A DNA stretch of 61,883 bases, filler included, from Actinomycetota bacterium (lineage in GTDB: Bacteria > Actinomycetota > Acidimicrobiia > Spongiisociales > UBA4744): NCBI GenBank assembly GCA_013152275.1. It is 5 parts of 5 records of this genome, joined end to end, with 100 filler letters (N's around TTAATTAATTAA, not from the genome) between each part and the next. Parts side by side here need not be neighbours in the genome. Positions count along the whole stretch, not along the records: positions 23,827 to 47,225 come from JAADGS010000055.1; 4 more parts are not named here. One strand, given 5' to 3'. A program made the translations under genes and the position numbers. Every line of letters begins with the position of its first letter. The first letter of the stretch is position 1. Below the pieces are notes generated by a model. The model was not told the origin of the DNA, made no database searches, and saw nothing but the letters and a program-made list of their open reading frames with translations. This document shows, in pieces, positions 32,584 to 43,087 of this stretch.

Positions 32584-33897
32584 CTACTGGTGGGCCATCG
32601 GTACGCCACTCGCATAGGCGATGGCTCCGTCGCGTTCCATCGTCCACGCCACACTGATCGGATGGTTGGCCTCGAGCACGAGTGCGGAGGCTCCGATCGG
32701 CACGGTGGGTACGGCGAGAACACGCCCTGGGAGAACGGCGACCTTCTCGACTTCGCCCAGTGCGCCACCCGAATCGAGAAGGCGATAGGTCACGGTCGCC
32801 GTCTCGGCTCCGGTGTTCATCACCCACAGTGTCGAGGTGCCGGCCATGCCGAACCCCGGCAGCATCCATCGTGTGGCCTGCAACGTCACGCCGGCCGTTG
32901 CAGCAACACGAACTCCGTCGTCGGCAACCAGGGTCGCAGCCACCGGGCCGCTGGTCCGCAGCCGCAGACCGAACACGCCCTCGACGAGACCGCTCACGTC
33001 GAGTTGCACCTGACTGCGGCCGTCGAGCGTGCCGGTCAGCAGCGCTGCTTCGGCCCCTGTGGTGGAGTAACCATCGATCTCGTAGTCGACAGGGCCGGCG
33101 CCATCGTTGGAGATGGAGAGCCGCGGCGTGAGCCCTCCTGCATCTGCCACCGGAAAGTCCCACTGGTCCGCCTGACCTTCGTTGGTCCAAACCGCCTCGT
33201 CGTCACCTTCGGAGAGCACCATCGCCGGTGTTATGACGCCTTGTTTCATGTCGATGGCAACGGAGATGCTCTCTCGTAGCGGCAGCAGCTTGCCCAGATC
33301 GATCACTTTCCAGGAGCGTCCCGCGACCGAGACCGACTCGAACTCGGGGATCGGTTCGAACCCGGCCTCGCTCGTGACGGTGATGCTCGCCCTCGCGTCG
33401 TCGGAGAACGGGTTGAACAGCACCAGGCGAAGCGTCTGTCCTTCGAGGGTGGAGCCGCCTGGAAGATGCCAGATCTTCGATGACGCCGACGGGCAGATAT
33501 CTGCAGCGAGGACGCCTTCGCCGGTCTCGACGATGCCTGCGGCCGACGAAGTCGAAGAGAACTCGACGACGGCAGGTGAAACCCCCTGGTTGAGCACGCC
33601 GGCGAGCGAGAGCGCGGTCGCCGCGGGCCCGACCTGAGACTCCTCGACGGTTCTACGAATCTCTCCTCCGACCGGGAACGTGAAGCGAAGGTCGGCGTCG
33701 TTCTCGGACTGTGCCACGAAGAACGTATCGATGACATCGTCGGAGAACGCCCACGGGCACGTCGAATGGCTCGACGTCGTCGCAACAACGGCAACGGGAA
33801 CGGTCGTCGTCGGTGATTCTTGGGTCTCCGGGACGGGCAGCGCCCACGCCAAAACGCCGAGCGCCCCGACGAGCAGAAGACTCAGCAGCCGTTTCAT
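32584..33897 (-). CDS. Secreted DUF5719-family protein
   Basis: Signal peptide, C...W...GGST...LVLFNP motif; located beside the large GT2 as in other actinobacteria. Confidence 0.75.
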   Translation of the reverse strand: MKRLLSLLLVGALGVLAWALPVPETQESPTTTVPVAVVATTSSHSTCPWAFSDDVIDTFFVAQSENDADLRFTFPVGGEIRRTVEESQVGPAATALSLAGVLNQGVSPAVVEFSSTSSAAGIVETGEGVLAADICPSASSKIWHLPGGSTLEGQTLRLVLFNPFSDDARASITVTSEAGFEPIPEFESVSVAGRSWKVIDLGKLLPLRESISVAIDMKQGVITPAMVLSEGDDEAVWTNEGQADQWDFPVADAGGLTPRLSISNDGAGPVDYEIDGYSTTGAEAALLTGTLDGRSQVQLDVSGLVEGVFGLRLRTSGPVAATLVADDGVRVAATAGVTLQATRWMLPGFGMAGTSTLWVMNTGAETATVTYRLLDSGGALGEVEKVAVLPGRVLAVPTVPIGASALVLEANHPISVAWTMERDGAIAYASGVPMAHQ

Positions 33898-36635
33898 GGT
33901 TTCTTCCCTGCAAACGCGGCGACACCGAGCACCAGGACCAGGTAGATGCCTGCCAGTTCCGCCAACAGCCTCAGCGTCGCATTGGGAGTGAACTCGACAA
34001 CGCCCCTGGATCCGTCGGCCTCATTTGCCCATCCGCTCTGCATCCAGGCACTCCCCCAGCCCGGGTGGGCGTTCTCTCTGATCACGACACGCGCTGCAGC
34101 CGGACCCCAATAGCCCGGGGGCTTGTAGTGCCACGCTTCGCCACCGGTCGTGACCGCACGCGGCGAAGGAACCTCGTTCTCGAACACGGCATAGTCGAGC
34201 CCTGGAAGCGAACGCATGTCGAGCTGGGTTTCGAGAGCTCGATCGAAGGGCGTCGGGTTCAGCAGAACCACCCACCGCACTCCGAACTCGGCGAGGGCGG
34301 CTCCGGGTCGCAGTTCATCACCGGAACTGATCCGTTCGAGCGTCGCGGCGAGAGCGGCATCGCCGACACCGGGGGCGGCAAGCCGGCCTTCGGGGAGCGT
34401 CGGCACAGGCCCGCCGATCAAGCGATAGGCAAAACCGGCACCTTCCCTCGCGGAACCGGGAAGATCTGCTGCGTCACCGATCAGAAGCAACCGGTCGACG
34501 CCATCCGCCGTCGCGCGCGCACTCGTGAACTCGAGCTGGGATCCGAACCGGTCGGGGCCCAGGCCCGCCCTGCCGCCGGGAATCAGGAGGAGAGCGCCCG
34601 CAGCGACCATGACGCCGCCTACCGCTCCGACCGAAACGAGGGTCCTGCGGAGCAGCCTCGATGTCGACAGCCGTCCGCCGAGATCGACCGCCGCCCCCGC
34701 GAGAAGTGCCGTGCCCAGCGAGGCCGTGACCAGACCGGCGACCGCCATCTCATAGCCGCCTCCGAGTCCTGCGGTCCTCGCCGCCGTGGCACCCAACGCC
34801 ACGAGCACCGCGCCCCAACCGGCGATTGCCGAGATCTCCTTGTCACCGAAGGCGATCACCAGCAGAGCCGTGGCCGCCAGCAGCCCGAGCATCCACAGGC
34901 TCGGGCTCCAAAACAACGAAGGTCCTGAAAGCAGCGACTTGGGCGTTGTCGTGTAGAACCACGGGAACAGCAGCGGCACCGCCAGTACGGCGCCGACGAC
35001 ACCCCGCAGGACCGATCCCCAGCCGCCTCGTAACAACGAGCCCAGAAAAAGGGCGCTCACCGGAAGGACCAGCGCAATCGGCGAGAAGACGGCGAGGGCT
35101 CCTGTCGCCAAGGTGAGCGCACCGACGTTGGCAAGCCTGTTCCTCCACCCCTGTGGCCATGGACGGATCGCCACGGCGATCGCCCACGGCGCGGCGCCCA
35201 GAGCGAGCAGACCTGGCCAGGCGTTCGCTCCTTCCAACGCTCTCGCCGCAGGGCCGCCGATCAGTGCAAGCGCACCAATCGCTCTCCCCCAATGCCCGAT
35301 GCCCAACCGTCCAAGCATCCTCCCCGTTCCCCACATCCCGGCGACGAGCGCCCCCGCGGTCATCACCGCGGAAGCCAGGCCGGCCTTCGAGAACAGCACG
35401 AGTTGCACGAGCGACGCGGCACCGACGACCGGCAGCATGGGACCGGCACTTCCGAGGCCTGCCGGGTTCCATCCTCCGGCGAACGAACGCAGGGTCGCCC
35501 ACGCCGACTCCGGCAGTGGCAGCGAGAAGCCGGCGACGGGAAGCCCCGCCTCCCAAATGGATCGGGTGGCGAGTGCAACGAAGAACAGACCGAAGAGCGA
35601 AGCGATGAATCCGGGCTGTTGCCAGAATCCCCGACCGCGATCGACGAAGTTCGTGAGCCGACTGTCGGACGATCGTGCCCGCAGGCGATCGCCGAGGAGT
35701 TCGCCGACTTCCCGAAGGGCGACCGAGCCCCGCACCTGATAGCGGAAGAGCTCTTCGTCGCCGACGAGCCGGGATCTCTGCAACCGCTTCCGCTCTGCAA
35801 GCGTCGAAGGGAGCCGCCGAAGGTTCCACGCCCACGCCAAAGCGAAGCGCCCGAGGGCGGTGCGGCGATCGGTGAACGTATGGGCGAGCGCAGCAATGAG
35901 GCCGGTGAGGAACGCTGCCGGAAGGACCCAGAGCAGGGTGAACGCACGGTACGTCTTCACCATGGCGCGAATCTGGCCGGCCTCCTCACGCCACGATGGT
36001 CCGGCACTGCACGCTCCCCGATGCAGTACTTCCGCCGACGGGACGACGACGACCCTGCCACCCATGACTCTCGCGCGCTGAGAGAAATCGATGCCTGCCG
36101 CATTGGATGCCATCGTCGTGTCGGGCCCTCCGAGGCCGAGGAACAGGTCCCTTCGGACCAGCATGCAGGCTCCGGAGATGTAGGCGACGTCTCGCACGAC
36201 GTCGTACTGCTCCTGGTCGCGTTCGTCCTGGTCGAGGCCCGTGTAGGGAACGCAGAAGACGTCGGTGGCCGCGCCGACCAGCTCCAGCGTTTCGGGACTG
36301 TCGGTGCGCAACAGCTTGGCGCCGACGACCGAGGCGTCGACCCTCTCGAGCTCTCTCACCATGGCGCCGAGCGCATCCGGGCGAGGTTCCGCATCGTCGT
36401 GCAACACCCACACGTGGGTGATCTCCGGGCCGAGGAGTTCGCACACCGCGGAGGGTGTCGGCACCCAGGTGATGCCCCGCTCCTTGGCAAGTGCCATCGC
36501 GACATCCCCACCGCCGACTGCAGCGATCATGCTCGGCTCGTAGACTTGTGCCGCGATCGCATCGAGCGCGTCGGTCAATGTTCCGGCGCGCACCATGACG
36601 GCCGCGAGTACTGAAGCGTGATCGGGGGATGACAT
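33894..36635 (-). CDS. Large GT2 glycosyltransferase fused to a polytopic membrane domain
   Basis: WVLHDDAEP, VGAKL, SGACMLVRRD followed by many TM segments. Confidence 0.85.
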   Translation of the reverse strand: MSSPDHASVLAAVMVRAGTLTDALDAIAAQVYEPSMIAAVGGGDVAMALAKERGITWVPTPSAVCELLGPEITHVWVLHDDAEPRPDALGAMVRELERVDASVVGAKLLRTDSPETLELVGAATDVFCVPYTGLDQDERDQEQYDVVRDVAYISGACMLVRRDLFLGLGGPDTTMASNAAGIDFSQRARVMGGRVVVVPSAEVLHRGACSAGPSWREEAGQIRAMVKTYRAFTLLWVLPAAFLTGLIAALAHTFTDRRTALGRFALAWAWNLRRLPSTLAERKRLQRSRLVGDEELFRYQVRGSVALREVGELLGDRLRARSSDSRLTNFVDRGRGFWQQPGFIASLFGLFFVALATRSIWEAGLPVAGFSLPLPESAWATLRSFAGGWNPAGLGSAGPMLPVVGAASLVQLVLFSKAGLASAVMTAGALVAGMWGTGRMLGRLGIGHWGRAIGALALIGGPAARALEGANAWPGLLALGAAPWAIAVAIRPWPQGWRNRLANVGALTLATGALAVFSPIALVLPVSALFLGSLLRGGWGSVLRGVVGAVLAVPLLFPWFYTTTPKSLLSGPSLFWSPSLWMLGLLAATALLVIAFGDKEISAIAGWGAVLVALGATAARTAGLGGGYEMAVAGLVTASLGTALLAGAAVDLGGRLSTSRLLRRTLVSVGAVGGVMVAAGALLLIPGGRAGLGPDRFGSQLEFTSARATADGVDRLLLIGDAADLPGSAREGAGFAYRLIGGPVPTLPEGRLAAPGVGDAALAATLERISSGDELRPGAALAEFGVRWVVLLNPTPFDRALETQLDMRSLPGLDYAVFENEVPSPRAVTTGGEAWHYKPPGYWGPAAARVVIRENAHPGWGSAWMQSGWANEADGSRGVVEFTPNATLRLLAELAGIYLVLVLGVAAFAGKKP

Positions 36636-36692
36636 GCCAGAGCCATTGTGGAGGGAGCGAGACGTCCGCGCAATCCGACGGGTCGTCGAACG

Positions 36693-37613
36693 ATGATGCA
36701 CGTTGCTCTCCTCTCGGGCGGTGTTGGTGGGGCGCGGCTGGCGCGCGGCCTCGATGGACTCGACGATATCGACCTCTCGGTGATCGTCAACGTGGGTGAC
36801 GACGACGTCATCTATGGCCTCAACCTGTCACCGGATATCGATACGGTCACCTACACCCTTGCAGGTATGGAAGGACCGCATGGCTGGGGTATCGACGGCG
36901 ACGAGTTCGAGGTGATGCGTCAACTCTCCTCCTTCGGCATCGACACGAGCTTTCGGATCGGCGACCGGGATCTGGCCACGAACCTGTTCCGTACCAAGCT
37001 GCTCCGAGAAGGAGCACCGCTGTCGGAGGTGACCAGGCTGATCGGCTCGGCGTTCTCTCTGAGAGCTTCGGTCCTGCCCGTCACCGATGACCGGCTCCGG
37101 ACCATGATTCGCGTCGGTACCGACACGTGGATTCGGTTCCAGGAGTACTTCGTTGTCCGCTCTCACAGGGATGAGGTTCTCGACATCCGCTTCGATGGCG
37201 CCGAGCAATCCGAACCCGCGCCCGGGGTGCTCGACGCTCTCGCGGATGCCGATGTTGTTGTGATCGCTCCGTCCAACCCTCCACTTTCCATCTGGCCGAT
37301 GCTCGCCGTGCCGGGCGTTGCCGCTGCAGTCGCCTCAGCGAATCGGGTGATCTGCATCAGCCCGCTGTTCGGCGGACGTGCACTGAAGGGACCGGCTCAT
37401 GCGGTGCTCCGGTCACTCGGCATGTCCGCGGGTAACCGGGGAGTGCTGGAGGCCTACCAGGGGTTGCTGCACGATTTCGTCATCGACCTCGGCGACGCTC
37501 CCGATCGCAGCCGCCTCGGTGATGTCGCCGTACGAATCCACGTTCGGGACACGAGGATCGCCGATCCTGTCGCCGCCCGCGACTTCGCTGCCTGGATGAT
37601 CGATCTGCTGTGA
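36693..37613 (+). CDS. cofD: 2-phospho-L-lactate/phosphoenolpyruvate transferase (F420 biosynthesis)
   Basis: LSGGVGGARL, NVGDD, SPDIDT, GDRDLAT, FQEYFV, APSNP. Confidence 0.95.
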   Translation: MMHVALLSGGVGGARLARGLDGLDDIDLSVIVNVGDDDVIYGLNLSPDIDTVTYTLAGMEGPHGWGIDGDEFEVMRQLSSFGIDTSFRIGDRDLATNLFRTKLLREGAPLSEVTRLIGSAFSLRASVLPVTDDRLRTMIRVGTDTWIRFQEYFVVRSHRDEVLDIRFDGAEQSEPAPGVLDALADADVVVIAPSNPPLSIWPMLAVPGVAAAVASANRVICISPLFGGRALKGPAHAVLRSLGMSAGNRGVLEAYQGLLHDFVIDLGDAPDRSRLGDVAVRIHVRDTRIADPVAARDFAAWMIDLL

Positions 37614-38308
37614 CACTTTCGATCATCCCGGTGCCCGGAATCGGCGAGATCCAACCGGGCACCGATCTCGCCGAAACCATCCTCGAGGCAATCCACGCCG
37701 CGGGTCTCCGTCTCGAAGATGACGACGTCGTCGTCGTGACACACAAGGTGGTCTCCAAGGCCGAAGGAGCGACGGCGCGGTATGCATCCGACGCCGAGTA
37801 CCGGGCGATCAAGGAACGGGAGGCGGCGGCAGTGATCAGGCGCCGCGGGGATCTGATGATTGCCGAGACCCGGCAAGGATTCATCTGTGCCAACGCCGGC
37901 GTCGACCGCTCCAACGTGGAACCCGGTCTCGCCGTGCTCCATCCTCGCGATCCGGATCGATCGGCACATCGGCTTCGCCTACGGTTCGAACGCGGCTCGC
38001 GCAAGCGACTCGCGGTGATCGTCACCGACACGTTCGGCAGAGCCTGGCGGCGCGGCCTGACCGACGTGGCGATCGGCATGTCCGGCATGCCTGCCCTCCA
38101 TGATCATCGAGGCGCCGCCGACACGTGGGGCAGGAAGCTCGAAGTCACCGAAGTCGCGCTCGTCGACGAGATCGCCGCGGCAGCGGATCTGGTCATGGGC
38201 AAGGCCGAAGGGATCCCGGTCGCGATCGTTCGCGGGCTCTCGTGGCCTGAAGGAGAAGGCCGCGCCACCGACCTCGTCCGCCCACCGGGCGAAGACCTGT
38301 TCCGCTGA
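37610..38308 (+). CDS. cofE: Coenzyme F420-0:L-glutamate ligase
   Basis: KVVSKAEG, CANAGVDRSN, TDTFGRAWRRG, DEIAAAADLVMGK. Confidence 0.95.
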   Translation: MTLSIIPVPGIGEIQPGTDLAETILEAIHAAGLRLEDDDVVVVTHKVVSKAEGATARYASDAEYRAIKEREAAAVIRRRGDLMIAETRQGFICANAGVDRSNVEPGLAVLHPRDPDRSAHRLRLRFERGSRKRLAVIVTDTFGRAWRRGLTDVAIGMSGMPALHDHRGAADTWGRKLEVTEVALVDEIAAAADLVMGKAEGIPVAIVRGLSWPEGEGRATDLVRPPGEDLFR

Positions 38309-38310
38309 CA

Positions 38311-38446
38311 TCCTTCCCCCTCAGGGGGAAGTGCCGAGTCTTCGAGGCGATGGGGGTGTCCCCGAGCCGGCGCAGCCGGAGCCACCCCTCAGGGGGAAGT
38401 GGCCGAGGCGAGGAACGAGACGAGGCCGATGGGGGTGTCTTCCCCC
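38311..38446. repeat. REP-like repeat doublet (CCCCTCAGGGGGAAGT...GATGGGGGTGT)
   Basis: Two units between convergent genes; near-identical unit at 47152-47204. Confidence 0.85.
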
Positions 38447-39376
38447 CTACTCCCGGAACGACTCCACGGTCTGGCGAAGACCCTGCTCCATCGAAGTCCA
38501 CGCCCGCCAGCCGAGATACTTGGACGCGGCCGATGCATCGACCACCGACCGGGCGATGTCGCCGGGCCTCGGGTCCCCGAAGACGGGGTTCTGGTCGAAC
38601 CCGATGATGTCGGCAAGCATTCTGAACAGTTCGATGACCGATGTCTCGACACCGGTGCCGATGTTGAGCAGTCGCCCTCCACCGGCTCCGCCTGCCCGCA
38701 CGCAGGCATCGACGGCGTCGGCGACGAACACGTAGTCCCGTGTCTGGTCACCGTCGCCGAAGATCACCGGACGCTTCCCGTCGAGCATCAACTTGGAGAA
38801 GATCGACACGACACCGGCTTCCCCCAAGGGGTCCTGCCGGGGCCCGTAGACGTTGGAGAACGCCACGAGCAGGTAGTCGACCCCGGTGGTGTTCCGGTAG
38901 TAGCGGAAGTAGTCCTCCACGACCTTCTTGGAGATCCCGTACGGCGAATCCGGGTGCTTCGCGTACGACTCCTTCACCGGAAGTTTTGCGTCGGCTCCGT
39001 AGATCGCCCCCCCGGACGACGCCGCCACGACACGAATCGCCTCGACGAGACGGGCGGCCTCGAGCACGTTGATGGTCCCGAGGATATTCACGGAGGCGTC
39101 GAACAGCGGATCACGGGTAGACACGGGCACGGACGCCTGCGCCGCGAGGTGGAAGATCACTTCGGGACGGAACCGCTCGGTGACGGTCAGGAAGGCATCG
39201 TCGCGAATGTCGACCTGGTGGAACTGCACCTTGCCTCGCGCCCGGGCGTCTGCCAGGTTGGCGATACGACCAACGGAGAGGTCGTCGACGACGAGCACTT
39301 CCCAGCCCTCGTCGATAAGACGATCGACCAGATGCGAGCCGATGAACCCTGCCCCACCGGTAACCATGGCTTTCAT
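38447..39376 (-). CDS. NAD-dependent epimerase/dehydratase (GalE-like)
   Basis: GGAGFIG, YGISK, NVYGPRQ, RDYVFV. Confidence 0.93.
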   Translation of the reverse strand: MKAMVTGGAGFIGSHLVDRLIDEGWEVLVVDDLSVGRIANLADARARGKVQFHQVDIRDDAFLTVTERFRPEVIFHLAAQASVPVSTRDPLFDASVNILGTINVLEAARLVEAIRVVAASSGGAIYGADAKLPVKESYAKHPDSPYGISKKVVEDYFRYYRNTTGVDYLLVAFSNVYGPRQDPLGEAGVVSIFSKLMLDGKRPVIFGDGDQTRDYVFVADAVDACVRAGGAGGGRLLNIGTGVETSVIELFRMLADIIGFDQNPVFGDPRPGDIARSVVDASAASKYLGWRAWTSMEQGLRQTVESFRE

Positions 39377-40074
39377 CGTGTAATCGAACCTTTCCTCACG
39401 AACCGGGTGGTAATGAGCCGCCAGAAAGCCGGCAGGCCGTCCCGCCAGGAGATCTTCTTGCCCTCTTCGACCTCGCGCCCCGTGTAGCGGATGGGAACCT
39501 CATAGATGCGATTGCCGAGCCTGAGAAGTTTGGCCGTGATCTCCGGTTCGATGTCGAAGCGGTTGGCCGTGAGCCTCAGGGAACGGGCGAGATCGCCTTC
39601 GATCAGCTTGGAACAGGTCTCCATGTCGGACAGGGTCGTGTTGTAGAGCACGTTGGTCGTCAAGCTGAGGAAGCGGTTCCCAACCCAATGCCAGAACAGC
39701 ATGTTGCGACGCTCGCCGGTGAACCGCGACCCGTAGACGACTCGGGAATCCCCTTCGAGCGCCGGCCGCAAGAGTGTGGGCCAATCTCTCGGGTCATACT
39801 CCAGGTCTGCGTCGTAGATGATCACCCAGTCGCCGCTCGATGCTTCGATGCCACGGCGGATCGCGGCACCTTTGCCCTTGTTCTCGGACTGGTGCAGGAC
39901 ATGAACGGTGGAGTCTGCCAACTGGTCGACGATCTCGCCGGTCCCGTCGGTCGAACCATCGTCGATGATGACGATCTCCCGCTCGATCGGTAGCTCGACG
40001 GCTCGAGCCCGACGCACGGCCTCCCCCACCGTGCCACGTTCGTTGTACACCGGAATGAGGATGGAGAGTTTCAC
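39373..40074 (-). CDS. GT2 glycosyltransferase (DPM1-like)
   Basis: IPVYNE, DDGSTDG, DADLEYDP, DMETC, GKKISWRDG. Confidence 0.92.
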   Translation of the reverse strand: MKLSILIPVYNERGTVGEAVRRARAVELPIEREIVIIDDGSTDGTGEIVDQLADSTVHVLHQSENKGKGAAIRRGIEASSGDWVIIYDADLEYDPRDWPTLLRPALEGDSRVVYGSRFTGERRNMLFWHWVGNRFLSLTTNVLYNTTLSDMETCSKLIEGDLARSLRLTANRFDIEPEITAKLLRLGNRIYEVPIRYTGREVEEGKKISWRDGLPAFWRLITTRFVRKGSITR

Positions 40075-40168
40075 CCTGTGCAGGCTAGTGCCTTGGCCGG
40101 TGACGTTCGTGGTGTCGATGCGTTCCTATCGCGACGACACCCACCACGTAGAAAGCACGAAGTGCCGC

Positions 40169-41440
40169 CTACCGCCCTATTCCCTGATAGCGGAGCCCGA
40201 GGCGCCGCACGGCGTCCGGATCGAGCAGGTTGCGAGCATCGACCACGCTGTCGCCGCTCATGAGCCGGGCAACCTCGTGCAGATCTACACCTTGGTAGTC
40301 GGGCCATTCGGTCGTAATGAGCAGCACATCGGCGTCCCGGGCCGCGTCCAGCGGCGTGTCCACCTGGGACAACCCGTCCATCGACACCGTCGCCTGGGGA
40401 TCGTGCGCCCGCAGGACGCATCCCTCCTCGATGAGGCGTTCGGCGATGGCGAGCGCAGGTGAAGATCGCGTATCGTCGGTTCCCGCCTTGAACGCGAGAC
40501 CCCACATCCCGACCGTGCGGCCGTGCAACGTCCCCCCGGCACCGGTCCGAACGTGATCGACGACGTGTGCACACTGGAGGTCGTTGATCCGGATGACACT
40601 CTTGAGCAGTGCGAAGTCGTACCCGGCCTCTTCCGCGACGGCAACGAGCGCATTGGTGTCCTTCGGGAAACACGACCCGCCGAAACCGGGGCCGGGGTTG
40701 AAGAAGTGAAATCCGATCCTGCTGTCGTACCCCATGCCGAGAAGCACGTCCTTGACATCCGCTCCGACCGCCTCGCAGAGCCTGGCCACGGCGTTGGCGA
40801 ACGTGATCCTGGTCGCGAGAAAGGCGTTCGCTGCGTACTTGACCATCTCGGACGAGATCGGGTCGGTGACGACGATCGGGGCCTGGAGTTCACGGTACAG
40901 CTCGATCATGACCTCGGCGGCCCGTTGGTCGTCGGTGCCGATCACGATCCGATCGGGATGCAGGAAGTCCGAGATCGCCGAACCTTCACGCAGGAACTCC
41001 GGGTTGCTGACGACGGTTGCGCGAGCTCCCTGCTCGTCGAGCGTCGCCTGTACCTTCGACACCGACCCCACGGGCACCGTCGACTTCAGCACGACCAGCG
41101 CCCCGTCGCTCAAACTCCCCGCTATCTCCCCGAGGACGGCATGGACGATGGAGGTGTCGGCGGCCCCGTCCTCGCCCTGGGGTGTCGGCACGGCCAGGAA
41201 CACCACTTCCGCCCCTGCCACGGCATCGACGTTGGAGGTATGGAACGAGAGCCTGCCGGCCTCACTTCCCACCCTGAGCATGGCTGCAAGCTCCGGTTCG
41301 AAGATCGGTGACCGGCCGGAACGAAGCATCCCGACTCTCTCGGCGTCCCGCTCCCCGACGGCGACCTGGTGGCCCAGCGACGAAAGCCCAACGGCCGTGG
41401 CGAGCCCGACGTATCCGGCTCCGATGACAGCTACCTGCAT
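40169..41440 (-). CDS. ugd: UDP-glucose/GDP-mannose 6-dehydrogenase
   Basis: GAGYVG, KSTVPVG, NPEFLREG, GFGGSCFPKD. Confidence 0.93.
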   Translation of the reverse strand: MQVAVIGAGYVGLATAVGLSSLGHQVAVGERDAERVGMLRSGRSPIFEPELAAMLRVGSEAGRLSFHTSNVDAVAGAEVVFLAVPTPQGEDGAADTSIVHAVLGEIAGSLSDGALVVLKSTVPVGSVSKVQATLDEQGARATVVSNPEFLREGSAISDFLHPDRIVIGTDDQRAAEVMIELYRELQAPIVVTDPISSEMVKYAANAFLATRITFANAVARLCEAVGADVKDVLLGMGYDSRIGFHFFNPGPGFGGSCFPKDTNALVAVAEEAGYDFALLKSVIRINDLQCAHVVDHVRTGAGGTLHGRTVGMWGLAFKAGTDDTRSSPALAIAERLIEEGCVLRAHDPQATVSMDGLSQVDTPLDAARDADVLLITTEWPDYQGVDLHEVARLMSGDSVVDARNLLDPDAVRRLGLRYQGIGR

Positions 41441-41695
41441 GAGCGCGAGGCTACTCGCCTCCATCGGGGGGCGATTGAACGAAAGATGCCTGCGCGTAGA
41501 GCGGCGCTGTGCGCGTCGCTCGCCTACTCACGTATCTCGTACTTCGTATCGCGACCTACCCGGCCTCGAGACCGTAGGGCGAGCGTCGCGGCTCCTGCTG
41601 GAAGTCGGGGGCTGGAGGCTGGAAGCCGGCTTCCTGACTGAGCTCCTCGGCAACGTCGAGACGCGTGCCGTGCATTGCGCGACGGGTCTTCAGGG

Positions 41696-43024
41696 TCAGG
41701 CGGCGGGTGCATCGCTGCCGACGATGACGACGACGTCGATGTTGCTGGGAACGGACCCGAAGCTCACGCTTCCGAATCCGAGGGCGTCGGCGACCGCCTC
41801 GGCGAGCTGATGGCGATCGGATCGAGCCAGGATCACGGTCGTCGCGAAGTTGCTCGCATCCGCGTCACCGATATCGGCCACCTTGAACGCCGGCGAGTCG
41901 AGCAACGCGGCGGTGCGGGCCGCAGCCCCGGCGATGCCGTTCCCGTTGAGCACCTGAACCCGGATCGGCCCTTCGATTCCCGTTTCGAAAGGCTCGCCTG
42001 CGGCGAATGCTGCAAGCACCCGCGCAGCGTCAGGCTCTTTCGGCAGCTGATAGGAGCGGCCGTCGATCATCTTGCCGTAGGTCGGCAGCGTCATCGTGTC
42101 GATCGTCGAAGCATCGATGGAACGCATCGCCCATGCGAGGTCGAGCAGCGTCTTCTGCGACAGGGTCGCGTCGACGGTGACATACTTTCCGAACGCTTGC
42201 AGGAGCCCACTCAGGTCCGCAATAGACGACGGACGCTTCAACTCCGTCAGGATCGCGAGAATGATCTGCTGTTGCCGTCTCGTCCTGCCGATGTCACCGC
42301 TGTCGACCGAGACCCAGGATCCGTTGCGCAGTTCCTGGTAGTGCCGGGATCGTGCATACGCCAATGCCGAAGAGCCGTCGAGCGTCTGATGGCCGGCATC
42401 GACGGCGAGGCCCGAGCCTTTGTCTCTCGCCGGGTACGGAAAATCGATCGTGATGCCGCCGAGTTGATCCACGATGGCCGCAAAGCCCGAGAAGTCGACC
42501 TCCACGTAGTGGTGGATCGGGAGCCCAGTCGCCTCCTTGACGGTCCGGACCATCAACTCGCTTCGCCCGTACGCGTATGCGGCGTTGATCTTGTTCGTCC
42601 CATAGCCTTCGATGTCGACTTTCAGATCCCTGGGAAGGCTCAGCACCTGTGCCCTGTGTTCATCCGGGAAGACCTGCATGAGCATGATCACGTCGGCGCG
42701 CGCTCCTCCGGCGGTGGTGCCGAAGTTCCCTTGGAGATCCTCGTTGAGGTCGGCTCTCGAGTCGGACCCGAGGATCAGGAACGTTGAGGGTGGCTGCCGG
42801 ACCGTAGCCTTGCCACCACTCGGCTGCTTGGTCGTGGGAGTGAGTGCCCGCACGACATCGGTGTCCCGCGTGATGTTGTCTTCGACGGTCTGGGAGAGAT
42901 TGCGGACGGTGAAGATGGCCCCGAACACCGTGATGTTCGCGATCACGAGCAACGTTATGAGACCGCGGCGAATCCACTTCCTGGCGCGGGGATGTTTACT
43001 GGTATGCGTAGAGGATCGAGCCAT
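41696..43024 (-). CDS. LCP (LytR-CpsA-Psr) protein with LytR C-terminal domain
   Basis: LILGSDSR, SLPRD, KINAAY, ALAYARSR, GDIGRTRRQQ; VQVLNGNGIAG. Confidence 0.93.
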   Translation of the reverse strand: MARSSTHTSKHPRARKWIRRGLITLLVIANITVFGAIFTVRNLSQTVEDNITRDTDVVRALTPTTKQPSGGKATVRQPPSTFLILGSDSRADLNEDLQGNFGTTAGGARADVIMLMQVFPDEHRAQVLSLPRDLKVDIEGYGTNKINAAYAYGRSELMVRTVKEATGLPIHHYVEVDFSGFAAIVDQLGGITIDFPYPARDKGSGLAVDAGHQTLDGSSALAYARSRHYQELRNGSWVSVDSGDIGRTRRQQQIILAILTELKRPSSIADLSGLLQAFGKYVTVDATLSQKTLLDLAWAMRSIDASTIDTMTLPTYGKMIDGRSYQLPKEPDAARVLAAFAAGEPFETGIEGPIRVQVLNGNGIAGAAARTAALLDSPAFKVADIGDADASNFATTVILARSDRHQLAEAVADALGFGSVSFGSVPSNIDVVVIVGSDAPAA

Positions 43025-43087
43025 CGGACATCCAAGGGTAGCGATCCCGGCAGTACACGGGACCGCCGGAAGCAGCCCATGGCGGTC

